Source of the DNA: the human T2T-CHM13v2.0 reference genome, Homo sapiens
Assembly: GCF_009914755.1 (NCBI RefSeq)
Contig: NC_060927.1
Strand: one strand, 5' to 3'
Length of the DNA stretch: 64,000 nt
In this document: piece after piece, positions 25,298-38,699 of the stretch
Position numbering within the stretch: position 1 is the first letter of the stretch
Layout of the letters: each line of letters begins with the position of its first letter
Program-made: the position numbers and the translations under genes
The notes under the pieces: model-generated
The model's input: only the letters and a program-made list of their open reading frames with translations
The model's database searches: none
What the model was told of the DNA's origin: nothing

Positions 25298-25388
25298 GAG
25301 AAAATCACAACAGAACTTTAAGAAGTCTCCTATGCAACTGGATACAAATATTGTTGATTCATGGAACGTGATGCCTCTGACATTAAGG
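25298..25388 (+). other. Candidate internal exon (91 nt) of an unidentified plus-strand transcript
   Basis: ttaatttcttcttttccaaag|GAG…TTAAGG|gtaata in unique, non-repeat sequence. Supported by splice-site motifs only. Confidence 0.4.
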
Positions 25389-25484
25389 GTAATAGTTATT
25401 GTTTTGGGTTTAAAACTTCAAGGTCTGGCTCCTCATTTTCAGGGAAGCCTCTTGTATCTGAATAGTGTTTCTGGAATTGTGCTT

Positions 25485-25680
25485 TGATCAGGTGTATAAG
25501 GACTCTGAACCAGGAATGCGGGCTTTACTATACCTGCTCTGAGAATTTGTTTAATTACTCAGCTTCTCTAATCCTTGCTTTCCTCATCTGCACGATGATA
25601 TTAAATTCATGGGATTGTTATGAGGCTTCAGTGAATTCACGTTTGTGAAATCTAGAAGTACAATGCCTGGAACAGAGAAG
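25485..25680 (+). mobile_element. MIR
   Basis: ggactctgaacc…ttgctttcctcatctgcacgatg…ggattgttatgagg…gtacaatgcctggaacag. Confidence 0.7.
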
Positions 25681-26183
25681 ATTCTTTCCTTTTCCCCTTT
25701 TCTCCAGCCTAAATTAATAACTGGACTTTTAGGAGCAGCAGCGTAGAGGTAGGACTATATGAATGTCATTACAATAATAATAACAAAACTATTTAGATAT
25801 AAAATTTCCTGCCTCCTCTTTTGTAACTTTCCTATGCACATCATTATCCCTTTTCACTATTGTTTGCTCAGCTTTGGTGTGATTTGTAAAAGCTCCTGGT
25901 TATTAAGGGTATAAACCTTATGTTAGGCATAAGGCTGTAACCTTATAACCTTATGTTAGGCATAAGGTTGTAAATTTTTTAAAGTTTTCCTCTTAACAGT
26001 ATATATGGTATTTTTTGTCATATAGAAATTTCAAGTTTTGTTTTTATGTTGTCAGGTCTATTGTTTTTTTCCAAAAATTGTATGACATATATTGATTTCA
26101 GAGATGTTAAAATGTGAAAAAACAAAGTCTTAGATTCAATGGAATAGAATAACAATCTTTTATAGGTTCTGCCTTTGGTGCAA

Positions 26184-26185
<2 letters not shown>

Positions 26186-26214
<29 letters not shown>
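26186..26214. repeat. (TG)n microsatellite
   Basis: About 13 TG units. Confidence 0.95.
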
Positions 26215-27689
26215 ACAAATATTTGTAGGTATGTAAATTGGTCTCGATTTTTGTACTTAAAAGATATTATTGCAAACATGACTGGGTATGGGAATGTTCT
26301 CTCCAGCTAAGAAAACTCTAGGAAGAATGTAGTTGCATAGAGCTTAGAAGCCCTGGCATTTGCTTCAGGCATTGCTATGGGATGCTTTAGTCTTGGCTTG
26401 TCCGTTGTTGCTAGAATCACGTGCTGCCCTCACTGCTGCTCTTGTCCAGCTGCCACTGTTACTCAATCCCTCCTGATAGATATCTCTGTGGTAGCAACAA
26501 TTCAAAATTTGCCCTGAGGACAAGGTTAGTATTTCTTGCCAGCACCTGCCACTTTCCCTTCCAGATCCTGACCATGGGAGAAGTGTGTGTGGGTGTGGGG
26601 GTAGGGGAGGAGGAGTTACCAAACCCTGTAAAGCAGACATCAAGGTAGAAGGCTAGAATGCCAGGTAAAGGCTCATAGGACAGAGTGCTATAACTACATC
26701 TTCACCACTATGACAAAGTTGTCCCACCCACTCTCCGGAAAAGAGTTAATGTTGGTTGAAGATCACGAAGCAGTTGTCCTCCAAAATGCCCCAAGAGTAT
26801 TAGAATATGATAGAAGATTGTTTATTTGCTAATGAAGACATCAGAACTAGCCGAATGGTTCAAAAATAATTTTAAATACTTTATACATTGAAACAAATCA
26901 AGCCACTATAATAATTAGGAGCCCCTTGCTCTGGTGCAGGGCATAATAATCGCTAGCAAATCCTTAGCTGATGACATCACAGTAATCTGAGACAGAGAGG
27001 TGGGGACTGTAGTGGACACTTAAAGCAACATTGCTGTGTCTCCTTGGTAATTCATGAATGACAGTTCCCGGCAATTCATGAATGTGACACTTCTCGGTCA
27101 TTTCTGTGTTTTGGCAGGTACTGGTGGCTTTAAAGCCAGGGAATCAAAGTCCTTAAAGTTGTAATTAATTTTCCTGAAGCTGATAATTAGACCTACTGCG
27201 ATCCTTTCACATAAGACAGGTCTTTACACACAATTTATGAAAACAGAATAATTAATAGAAAATGATTTCAATTGTCCTCTGTAATATTTCATTGAAATAA
27301 ATGTTGTAGAGTGGTTTTAGCTCTTGGCAAATCATGCAATAATAATAATAAAAGAGAAGACGGCTGTGTGGGAAAGAGTAGTTATTTTTAAATCTTGGTA
27401 GACAAATGGGACCTGCCCACTTGTCTATTGAGCACATCTCTGTAATTTCTCAGAAATTAAACAGCATGACCCTTTGATTGAATCCAAAGCTGGAAGTTTA
27501 AATAGATAACTTCAAAGTAATTGGCTTGAAATCCAAGGATCTATTCTGGGATGCTTTAGAAATTTTTATTCCCTTTTCACCTCAGCTTTAAAATATATAT
27601 AAATGTCAAGGCTTCAGACTTTAAAACTGTTGCTGTTGTACTCCAAACTATTTTCTTATAATTGGCACTGTTCAAATCCTTTTTGGAAC

Positions 27690-28100
27690 AGGATTTGAGC
27701 TTGAGTGAGAAGAGAAGGTAGTTTGGAAGAATCAAGAAGTATGTAACAGTGGGATCTAAAAATCTAAACAAAAAGAGGTTAAAGGGACAGATCTGATGTA
27801 TTTCAGAGGAGCAAGAGTAGAAAGGTGATACATTATCAGGTCTTCATGCACATGAAGTGTTCTATTCCAGACTTAGGGGATTAGCTGTTCTTCATCTCTG
27901 CTAAGGGCAAAATAAAAGGAAATTATTTTGAGACAGAAGCATGAAGAGATTAAGATTAGAGAAGGAATACTTTAAAAATACATGTTTGTTAAACCAAGAA
28001 CCTCAGCCATCTAAACAAGAGTAAATATGCCAATAATTCTACCATCTTCGTCTGATTAGGCTATGAAATCTTGAATCTTCCTTGGATAGCTTTTAAACTG
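27690..28100 (+). mobile_element. L3/CR1 relic
   Basis: gtcttcatgcacatgaagtg…ggattagctgttcttcatctctgctaagggcaaaa…agattaagattagagaaggaatacttt resembles the L3 3' region. Confidence 0.45.
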
Positions 28101-29111
28101 ATATGGAATGGTTAGTATGTTTTATGGTTATTTCCAGTTCTAAGATTGAGTGATCCACTTCATTTCAGCAGGCTCTGTACGTATTATGGACTTGTTTCCC
28201 TCTGTTTTTTCCTCTGTTGTCTCCTTCCTTTTTTTTTTCTTATTTTGTATAATATTTAAGAGTATTTTACATGTAGGTGTCATTTATAATTTTTTCCTTA
28301 CTAAAGTATTCCTTTTTTATTATGGTTCACATTGTAATTCAAGTAGCATAATTATAACATTTTTATTGAGCAGAAAATGACCACTTTTGTATTTTAATTA
28401 AAGCATCTTTTTTTTAATTATTTATCTTATCCAGCAGTCATTGAACACTAAAGCTGTGTTATGTGCAACACAGATCTTCTCTCATTTTACCCAGAACAAT
28501 CTTTTCCTGAGAAATAAGTCTTTGCCCAAAGCAAGACACTCCTGCAGTGTTGAAAGGTGATATGGGCTTTTAGTGTGCACTGTAGCTAACAGCTGGCAAT
28601 CACTCACCGGTTTAAGAAGTACATGTTGGCCATTTTCTGTCAGTTTTTGGGGGCAAAGAGAAGAATTATCTAAATTTTGGAGGAGAAGGGTTTAGGGGGT
28701 TATTTATAGCATCCAGCTAGCCAGAAGAAATGAATGAACAATTCTTAGGTATCATTGACCCAAATATCTTTTCTAAAATAATCCATTACTATTTTCTTTC
28801 TTCTTTTTGCTACTTTTTTCTCCCTCTTTCATCCCTTTAAAACTTTGACAATAACAACAACTGATGCTCTCAAGCACCTCCCATATGCCCCATACTAGGA
28901 ACTGGGGATATAGCAGTCAACAAGACAAACATGTCAGGTCCCCTGCTCTCAGGAAGTTTAAATTTTCTCCATTATTTTGTGCTCACTTATATAACAGGGA
29001 ACAAACCAGAATTAAATTTTGATTGCATTTTAATTTATTGTTAAATGATACAAGAAAAACACTAAATACACTACTAGTTTTAGACATTCAAAATTTATAT
29101 AAAGATATTAG

Positions 29112-29419
<308 letters not shown>

Positions 29420-30010
29420 TTATACTGTTTATGATGTGAGGAAAATCAAAGTTTGTCAAGTAACTTTGTATTCAGAAGTTTGTGAAGTATTTAGATTGAG
29501 TCTTTATCCTAGTATGTAGGTAATGTTAAAGATGATTTTTAAAAAAGCCACTGTGCAAAATTTCCTTGCATATGAACAGTTACCTTGGCATGGACTCTTT
29601 TCTTCCCACTGTTACAGGGTAGCTAACTTCCTATTCTCAGTAAAGCTAAGGCAAAGAGAGTCTTTCTGTCACCAAGGTATTCTAGGTTCTAACAAGCATA
29701 TGGGCATCTCTCCCTTATAAAAGCCATGATATAAACACAGTACTGCTTATATTCTGTAAACAATATTAATGGCTAGAATCAGCTGCATAAATTTCTGGGC
29801 TAATTAGATGCTTATGTGCTAACCTGGAAATTTAATCATTGCTGGGAAAATTTTGTTCTGAATTCAAAACGGCTGACTTATAGGTAGACTATGGAATATT
29901 ACCTGTCCTTGCCCTGGGTATATACAAACCCATTCTCTGTGAAGAGAACAAACACATTTCTATTGTGGCATGTCCATAGTGTTAGAATTGGACCTTGCTC
30001 TAGTAGAATT

Positions 30011-30278
30011 ATTATTATTATTATTATTATTTGAGGCAGATTCTCACTCTATCGCCCAGGTTAGAGTGCAGTGGTGCAGTCTTGGCTCACTCCAACCTCT
30101 GCCCCCCGGGTTCAAGCAATTCTCCTGCCTCAGCCTCCTGAGAAGCTGGGACTACAGGCACATGCCACCAAGCCTGGCTAATTTTTGTATTTTTGTAGAG
30201 AGAGGGTTTCACCATGTTGGCTAGGCTGGTCTTGAACTCCTGACCTCAAGCAATTCACCCACCTCAGCCTCCCAGAGT
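30011..30278 (-). mobile_element. AluS (Sz-like), 5'-truncated, with (TTA)n tail
   Basis: Alu body; perfect TSD tctagtagaatt at 29999-30010 and 30279-30290. Confidence 0.95.
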
Positions 30279-30489
30279 TCTAGTAGAATTGTGATCCTAA
30301 TTAATTTAATACACGTCACTATGAGAAAATGGACTTGCATCATGGATTGAGGATTTGGCCTTTATTCCAAATTAAAACCTGATTATTAACCAGGCTCTAG
30401 TCTTATCCTTTGCTGACAGAAAATGGTATGGTCTTTTATATCAAAATTGTAGAGGGCTATTAATTTTCTGTCTATATCAGACATTTCCT

Positions 30490-30981
30490 AGGTTTTTGGC
30501 TACCCAGAGTCTGAACCTCTGTTTTTATCTGGCATGAATTCTTTGTTATGTGGGGTTTTGTGGGAGGCGGGGTTCCTTTTCCAGAAGGGGTCAGATTTTC
30601 TTGTCTTTAGAAGCTAGGCTGCAGCCATGTGAATTAGGTTCAGCCAATCACTATTACTCACCCAGAACTTTGAATCTTGAGTGCATAACTCAAAGATGCA
30701 GAGACAGTTTATTCTTTTTAGCAGTGGTGGTGTTGAGAGTCCAGCGACATCATTGTCTAGTTGCAGCAGTGGTGATGAGAAAGGTGTGTTAACCAGACTC
30801 TTTTGTGGCTGAGTCCCTGTGTCCTAGCCTCCCTTCAGCCTCCCTTGATTCTAGCTCACTTCCAGGTCAGGCTTCTAGCTTTTCCTTCAAGATATTTCTG
30901 TATCCTTCAAATATACTTTTTCCCTTTAAGTCTGCCAAAATGGATTTCTATTGCTTGTAACCAAGAACTCTGACTGATACA
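30490..30981 (+). mobile_element. LTR33-like ERVL LTR
   Basis: gccatgtgaattaggttcagccaatca…actttgaatc… and the end ttctattgcttgtaaccaagaactctgactgataca. Confidence 0.6.
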
Positions 30982-31002
30982 CTGCGTGAAAACTAAGCTA
31001 AC

Positions 31003-31545
31003 TGTGGCAGGTTATACTTTCCAAAAATTGTACCACCAATATATATCCTATCCTATATGCTCTTCTAACAGTGTGATTTCACATTCCTCCATTGAGAGGT
31101 AGAGGGCTGTGTTCCCCCTGCTTAAACCTATGTGGATGAATAGAATGTGTAGAATTAATAATGATGTGTGGGTTCCAAGGCAAGGCCCTAAAAGGTGATA
31201 CAACCTCCTCCTGGTCCTCTTTCTTTCCTGTGACATGTGCCTTGGAAACTGAGTCCAGGTACCCTGAATATGCCATATTAGAGAGAGCACATGGAAAGAC
31301 TATATAGAATTAGAGGGGTATGCCAGAGGAACCCCAGCTGTTCTAGCCCTCAGCTGTTTGAGTTTTCCCAGTGTAGGCAATAGGACAGACATGTGATCAA
31401 GCAAGCTGTCCCATGACTTCTCAGCCCCAGCCTTCCAGCTGGCCCAGGTGACATAGGGTAGAGCAGAAATAAACTCTGAGCCCTTCTCCAAACTGCAGAT
31501 TCATGAACAAAATGAACATTGTTATTATTTTAAGCCCCTTTGCAT
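31003..31545 (+). mobile_element. MLT1G/H-like MaLR LTR
   Basis: tgtggcaggttatactttccaaaaa…atgctcttct…cctccattgagaggt…ccaaactgcagattcatgaacaaaat. Confidence 0.75.
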
Positions 31546-32059
31546 TCATTTTGCATATATTATATGGCATATATATATTTCCAGAATGATGGCTATTATA
31601 AATATTCAAACTGTAACACCTAAATTCTAATCTCTAGCATAGAATTATGCCTTCAGACTCTTACAAGGCAGGATTATTGATATGGAATGTACTTATTTAT
31701 TTAGTTTCACATTTTTGCATCTTACAGTTTAAGAGAGTGTCATTTGGGCTATTGTAAAATTACTTGGCTGGAATAACATTACAGAGCTTTATTGCTGTTA
31801 GAAACAAGGCTATCTTCCATATCAAGATGTTTAAAATACTAGTTTTCTGAATATTTATAGTTGTGTGACAGCTAAATCCATTAATTCTAAGATGTTGCTT
31901 GGTAGTCCCCTGTGCAAATAAGTCTCTAAATGTAAGTTCATTCCTTCTATTAGGATCCTAACACATCTTTTGGGAAGCAGGATGAAAATTCTACTTTTCT
32001 TTTGGATTTGATATTCCACCTAATAAGGGGATTTGGAGAGAGCTTTAGAAATTAAATAA

Positions 32060-32300
32060 AATAGCTAGAAGTTATTGAGGATTTACTATGTGCAAGGCAC
32101 TATGCTAAGTGCCTGCAGGTCTTCTCATTTAATCATTATAACAATTGTATGAGGTAGATTTTTATTACTCTTCCTTTTTTATAGGTGAAGAAACACATTT
32201 AGGTTAAGTAAAACTTTCCCAGGTCACATAGCTGGTAGCTGGGATTTGTATCCAGGGCTATATGTGACCCTAAGGTCAGTGTGTTCATAACCGTCATGCA
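32060..32300 (-). mobile_element. MIR
   Basis: tactatgtgcaaggcactatgctaag…ggtgaagaaac…ttcccaggtcacatagctggt. Confidence 0.8.
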
Positions 32301-33962
32301 GAATGGCTATGAGTGATACTTCAGCATTTTATCTCCTACCTTCCTCTGACTTGTCCTGGATTATCCTTAAGACTCTTGACATTCAATGTAATACACAAAT
32401 TCTCGCCCTTTTCACACATTTTTCTTTCAGAATCAAGCCTGCCTTCTCTTATTTGCTGTAAGTCCTAGTCTTGAAGAGTTTTAAGGGACTCCACCAAATC
32501 TATTAGGAAGAATATGCAAACATAAGCTTTATGCGAATCTTGATGACCTTGGTGGAACCTTCTTTCATCAATTCCTTAAATCTGCTTTTTGTAGGAAGTG
32601 TACAGGTTGTACATAAACGATTCAAAATAACCTATCCTTCATGATGACACCAACTGTTGAGTGTTTAAAGTAGAAGATTCCTACCTCTAATGCTTCAGAT
32701 TTGAGTAACTTATGACAGTAAATCAAGGGTTTGAGAACTTCTGAGGGAAAAACTTGAAGACCATTCTGGCTTTGTGTGTATGTTTGTGGTTGTGCACTCT
32801 CCCTGCCACACTTGTTAGTGTGGAATGATGGCAAACTGTGCTGCTGTAGAGTTGAAGAAGAACAAAGAAAACTGTACTGATGTTGAATGAGATCCTGATT
32901 ACTTCAGTGTTTTATATGTATATCATGCCTTGCTTCATCAGCATAGATAATTTATAGTAGAAAATTGGCAAACAAGATGTTAGAAGAAATTCATCTCTGT
33001 GCTCCTCAGCAAAGCCCAAATCTCTCTGAAAGTGCTCCTGTTACTGCAGACACTGTGCTATTACTATGTGAGTGGCACTACTGAATTCTACTTTAGAGGA
33101 ATTGATTTACTAGAAAACAATGGGCCTCTGGAAACTCAGCACTCCCATATACTCTGCATTGAGTTACTAGAAGTCCTTTTAATACAGAGTCTCTGTGTGG
33201 GCACAACTACAATGCTACAATGGCTGGAGCACCATATTGTGGGTGGCCACGTGGGGGTGGTCATTTTCCCTAATGACACAGAAGGGAATGAAAAAAGGCT
33301 TCATGTTGTTTTAGAGTCTTGCACACAGCAGCCTGAGCCTAGCATGTGACAAAAAGCATTTGCTATTTTTATATCCTTTGGGAATGACTTCTGCACCTAG
33401 GCAACCAATCATAGGCTAAGAATCCCCAACAACAAGGAAAAGGTTAGTTTTACTAATTAGCCACAGAGAAAGGGACATTGCCACGTTCTGGAGAGTCTAG
33501 GTTTGCAGGAATCCAGCCAAGGACAAGGCTTTGCATTTTTTAAAAAGTCTAATATTTGCTTTGGTGTTTCATTGCAGAGACCTAGATTTAATTTGAATAC
33601 TCTTCAAAGGTCTATTTATCATTAGCCTTGTGTGTCATGGGTATAAATATATCTTCAAACTCAGTTCTGTAAGAAATAATAATAATCAAAAATCTTTTTG
33701 AATAGCTTGATTTCCTGCAGAGAACCAGGCTGGAGAAAAATTTGGCTTTTGCCATTTTTGGAGTTCTCATCTCCAAGTTCGTGGCAAGCTAAGTTTTTCA
33801 CATCTCCAATTTCATGGCAAGATGTGTGCAATTTATTTCAGCTGAGATGCTTCTTGCCTCAGTGTACACATCCTCTTCAGATCTGACAGCTTTCTGTTGC
33901 TTTCCAGTTATGCCCAGCTCATAGAAATAATTTTGTTTTTGAGGGTAGGTACCAGGTGCCAT

Positions 33963-34587
33963 TGAAGCAGCATCATTGTCTGGTGTAAATACCTGAGGTT
34001 TGTTGTCTCATGCCAAGGAAATAAGAGTATGCGGACACATGAGAAGTGGGTTTAGGAGCATAGGTTTAATAGGCAAAAGAAAGAGAAAGGAGAACAGCTG
34101 TCTCTCCTACGAGAGAGAGGCTCCCAAGTGGGACTTCCGGTCCAAAGTGAAGTACACCGGATTTTACAGACTGACCTGAGGAGGTGATGTCTGATGTACG
34201 TAGGGTCCAAAGATTGGTTGGACAGGTGTGATATTTACATAACACACGAAGGAGCTGGCCACCCCACCCTAATCTTCTTATTAAGCAAATGGGTTTTCTA
34301 CTTGGCCAGTGCTCTGTTGTCTGCTCCTTACTGTACATGTGGTTGGCAAGGAAGAGGGAAGATGGAGCCACCATGTTGAACATGCCTAAGGTAGTCTTTT
34401 CCTATTGGCACAGCTGCAGGCATTCACCTGTGTAAGCTTTCCTATGTCAGCAGCTCGATTTTACAGGCTGCTCTTTGTTAGAGAAGAAATGATTTGGGGG
34501 TTGCTTTTCATTAAAAGGGAAACCTTATCGAGGACTTCCTTAACCTCACTATCTGCCTAAATAATTTCTTTTTAACTCCTATAATCA
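33963..34587 (-). mobile_element. LTR9-family (HUERS-P3, ERV1) solo LTR
   Basis: The reverse complement starts tgattataggagttaaaaagaaattatttaggcagatagtgagg and ends ccagacaatgatgctgcttca. Perfect 4-bp TSD ccat at 33959-33962 and 34588-34591. Confidence 0.85.
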
Positions 34588-34753
34588 CCATCTCCACCCT
34601 GCAGGCCATCACACATTGGCCCAGTTGGAGTGCATACAGATAATTCAGCTCACACATGCACTGGCATATGCAAACAAAAGGCTGTCTTAGCTTTAATAAG
34701 GATTTGGGTTCAGAGCTCTACTGAGAAGGCATGGAATAGTAGTTCAGGGTTGG

Positions 34754-35140
34754 TATATCAGTCCACTTGGGATGCTAGAACAAAAAATCATAGACTGGGT
34801 GGCTTACACAACAGACATTTATTTCTCATGGTTCTGGAGACTGGGAAGTCTAAAATCAAAGTGCTGGCTTATTTAGTTCCTGCTAAGGGCCCTTTTCCTA
34901 GCTTGCGGATGGTTGCTTTATGGCTGTGTCCTCACATGGTGGAGAGAGAAATCACATGAGAGCCAGCTCTCTGGTGGTGTCTTCTTATAAGGGCACTAAC
35001 CTTGTCATGAGGGCCCCACCCTTGTGACCTCATCTAAACCTACTTACTTCTCAAAGGCCCCATCTCCAGATACCATCACACTGAGAGTTAGGGTTTCATC
35101 ATATGAATTTTGGGGCGACACAAACATTCAGTCCATAACA
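34754..35140 (-). mobile_element. MLT1A0-like MaLR LTR
   Basis: catagactgggtggcttacacaacagacatttatttctca…acaaacattcagtccataaca. Confidence 0.88.
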
Positions 35141-36154
35141 GGGCCCCTTTCAGATTGGCTTGAAGAACCTACAGATATATTAATTGGAGAAGTGGGAGAA
35201 GCAGGTACTGTTAAATGTGTAGCCCCTTTTTAAAAAGATCAGGTATAGATTATGGAAGGCACCAGTGATCCTTTCCATCATGATGTAGAATATCTTTGCA
35301 CATTCAGTTTAATAGGATTTCTGCTGGGTGCTAACAGAACACATCTGAACACATTTCATTTATTTATGCCTGATTGAAGAATGTCCCTGTTGTTAGGTCC
35401 TCCCTAGGAACCATGACTAAGCTCCAAACATTTATTAAACTCAGAACCTGAATTATTAGCAACTGAGCAACTAGTTCTACTTTGCTTGAGGATAGTGAGG
35501 ACACCTTGTGTGCAAGGAGAAACATTTGCCTTTTATGCTTTGAATGTAGCAAAGAAAGAGAAGGCAAACAGAACATTTTCATATTAAAAGTTTGAAGGTT
35601 ATATCCTGCCACAGGGGTAACTAAGAAACTTTCCCATGTATATGGCCCCTACTGGGTGCTTCTGAGAAAGAAATGCTACCTTTTTTTTTCCACTCTCTGT
35701 TCAAAGTCACCAAGCATTTGGGGGAAATATTTTATAGAACTTTTAATTTGTTTTCAATTGGATTACTCAAATTCTGAAGTTGAGCAGTTCCATCCCAGGA
35801 ATGAAGAGTCCTCTGTAAATAGGATTAAGGTCTTTTTACCCTAGATTATAATTAAGGGAATAGATACCTCAAGTGGAGGGAAGTGTCATTAAAAAAAGAC
35901 TTTCTCCAAGGTCCCCCTCCCCAGTTGCTATCATTATAAATGCTCATTATGTTTTCTTTTTAGCGCTGCATGAGGTACTGGTGGGTGATGGACAGCAAAG
36001 AGGACAAGGGAAGAGAAAGAATTTTTGTCCCAAAGGATCCTGTGAATTAGTGAGAATATATACACATGAAAATTTTTAGTAATAATTTGGGTGACATATG
36101 GTTAAAAGCCAGAATAAATTGGCAGATAACAAATTCCTTTAGGACATTGGTCAA

Positions 36155-36348
36155 TCAAATCAGAATCCCAGGGCATGCCTGTTAAAACACAGATTTCTAT
36201 GTCCCACACCTAGAGTTTCTGATTTTGTAAGTCTAGGGTGTGTGCAGCTTGATAATTTGGATTTCTAATAAGTTTTCAGCTGGTGCTTATGCTGCTGATC
36301 TGTCCTTTTCTCCAGTCTCTCACAGTGATACAAATTGAGAACTGCTCC
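36155..36348. mobile_element. MER5A-like hAT MITE
   Basis: tcagaatcccaggg…tgttaaaacacagatt…agagtttctgatt…tttctaataagtt…tgagaactgct. Confidence 0.65.
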
Positions 36349-38179
36349 TGTAGGAGACCAGAGACTAGAGAGGTCTGCAGTATGATTGCCGTGTGTTGAG
36401 ATGATGCTTCCTTTCATCATTCACCTGCTGCAGTTACCCATGTTTCTCTTTTCTGGCCCTCATTTTATGAGAACAGCTGGTAGCACTCTTTAAAATGTCC
36501 ACTTCTGTAAAAAGTGCTACCTGGTAGCACTTCTGATGTCATAAGCAGAGAGCATGCCCTTTTCTATAATTAGGTAATTCTCTACAGAGAGAGGAAATTA
36601 TACCATCTTCTTGGCAGCAGTAGGAGGAGAGGAACAATATTCTTGTTTTGCTTTGACCATTTTTTTTTATCTTTTAACCATTACCTTACAGCATTCACCC
36701 CTACATTCCCTAATAGACATTAAGAATTTTTTCTGTAGCCAAAAGCAAATAGGAAACATGAGTTTTCAGATTCACAACCAATTAAGTTAAAATTAGGGAA
36801 ATGGAGAGGAGAAAAATTGAGAAATGATACAGGGTGAAGAGTTCAAAAAACAAGCCTTTTGGGAAGGAGTTATTTGGTGCTTTTGAGAAGAGCATTTGCT
36901 GATTGAGTATATATATATTTCTAGAGAAGAAATGCAATAACATTTTCCCATGCTGCAGGTGAGGCTTTGTCATAATGTTTTACTGCAGTGAAGTGGGAGG
37001 TTTCATAGCTGTTAAATTAGTAGCAGTCCAAACTATCATACTCCCAAATATGTGTTCCTACCAAATCATATTACTGGTAAAATAGCATTCTGTGGTTAAA
37101 AAAAAAAAAAGTCAAGGAATCCTTACTTAAATTTCTGTTTCTATCAAATACCAATACAGGCAGAATAAAAACTTTTCCTAAAGTATCTGTCCTTTGCTGA
37201 AACCAGCTTCTCACCTGCCGAAAGTTTAACACTGACCCAATCAAATTGACTTTCAGCATCTTGAGCAGGGACAAGTTAGAATCTCCTATTTCCACCCCTC
37301 TCCACCCAGATTTTGCCACCAGTTATTCTTTTTCCCAGTCTCTCACAGTGATACACATTCAACCCTCTTTCAAATGGTATTAGGATATATAGTAGGATAT
37401 AATGAAACTTAGTGGAGTTTTTGTGATATAATGAAACTCTGTTTATTTCATAGGACAGTAGATCTTTGATTTTATGGTAATGTTTTAAATGGTTGTATGT
37501 GTGATTCTTGATACAGAGAACAGCTTGTGACTTTTCCCACTTTTTCAGCAGCATTTAAAAATAAAACTCTCTAAGGTAATATTCTTCTAACTTAAAGAAT
37601 ATCATTGCATACCTATATTTAGGCACTAAGGAGTACTGTACTATTATGCTGCAAAGATTTTAACTACGGGGCTTGGGAAATAATCTCAATGTGAAGATAC
37701 ATGTTACATCATGTCAGTTATTATTGTTCTATTGTTACTTCCAAGATTCAGGACTTGGTTCTAAGGGAGGGACATTTCTTTTAAATGTTTTGTTTCATTT
37801 TTTTCATGATGGAGAGATGACTGAATTACTGTATTGTCAGTTTCTGGAAACTTGAATTATCAGTTTTTTCTAATTCAGCTTGGGAACAGGGCTAGGAGAG
37901 AGGACAGTGTGAGAAAGTATGTCAAGCCTGATTGGTATATAATACTGCTCTTGGCCAATATATTTAAAAAATAATTTTCAATACACCTCCCCCATCTTTC
38001 TTAAGATGGTGGAATCCTCCAGCATGACTCCAGTTTTCGTTATTTTAGCACTAGACTTTTAATGATTTCAGAATTTCCGTCTGCTTTTGACTATTCTCCC
38101 TGGTGTTTTAAAAATATTTATTTCTTCTATTCAGAATTCTCGATAGGGTTTTTATGACATTGACCTCACTTTCTAGTAA

Positions 38180-38607
<428 letters not shown>

Positions 38608-38699
38608 TCACTTAAAATTTGATCTTAATATTAATTTCCCAAGATTCATGAATAACGCTTTCACTACTGGTTGATGTAATCTATTTCTTCTGCAATTAT

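Noticed and set aside
25914-25973. Palindromic direct repeats resembling a mini-CRISPR array
   Set aside because: Only two units, a 6-nt spacer derived from the repeat itself, eukaryotic context and no cas genes.
32999-33349. 116-aa ORF in unique sequence
   Set aside because: It has a non-ATG start, no recognisable domain and no clear splice context; the length is compatible with chance.
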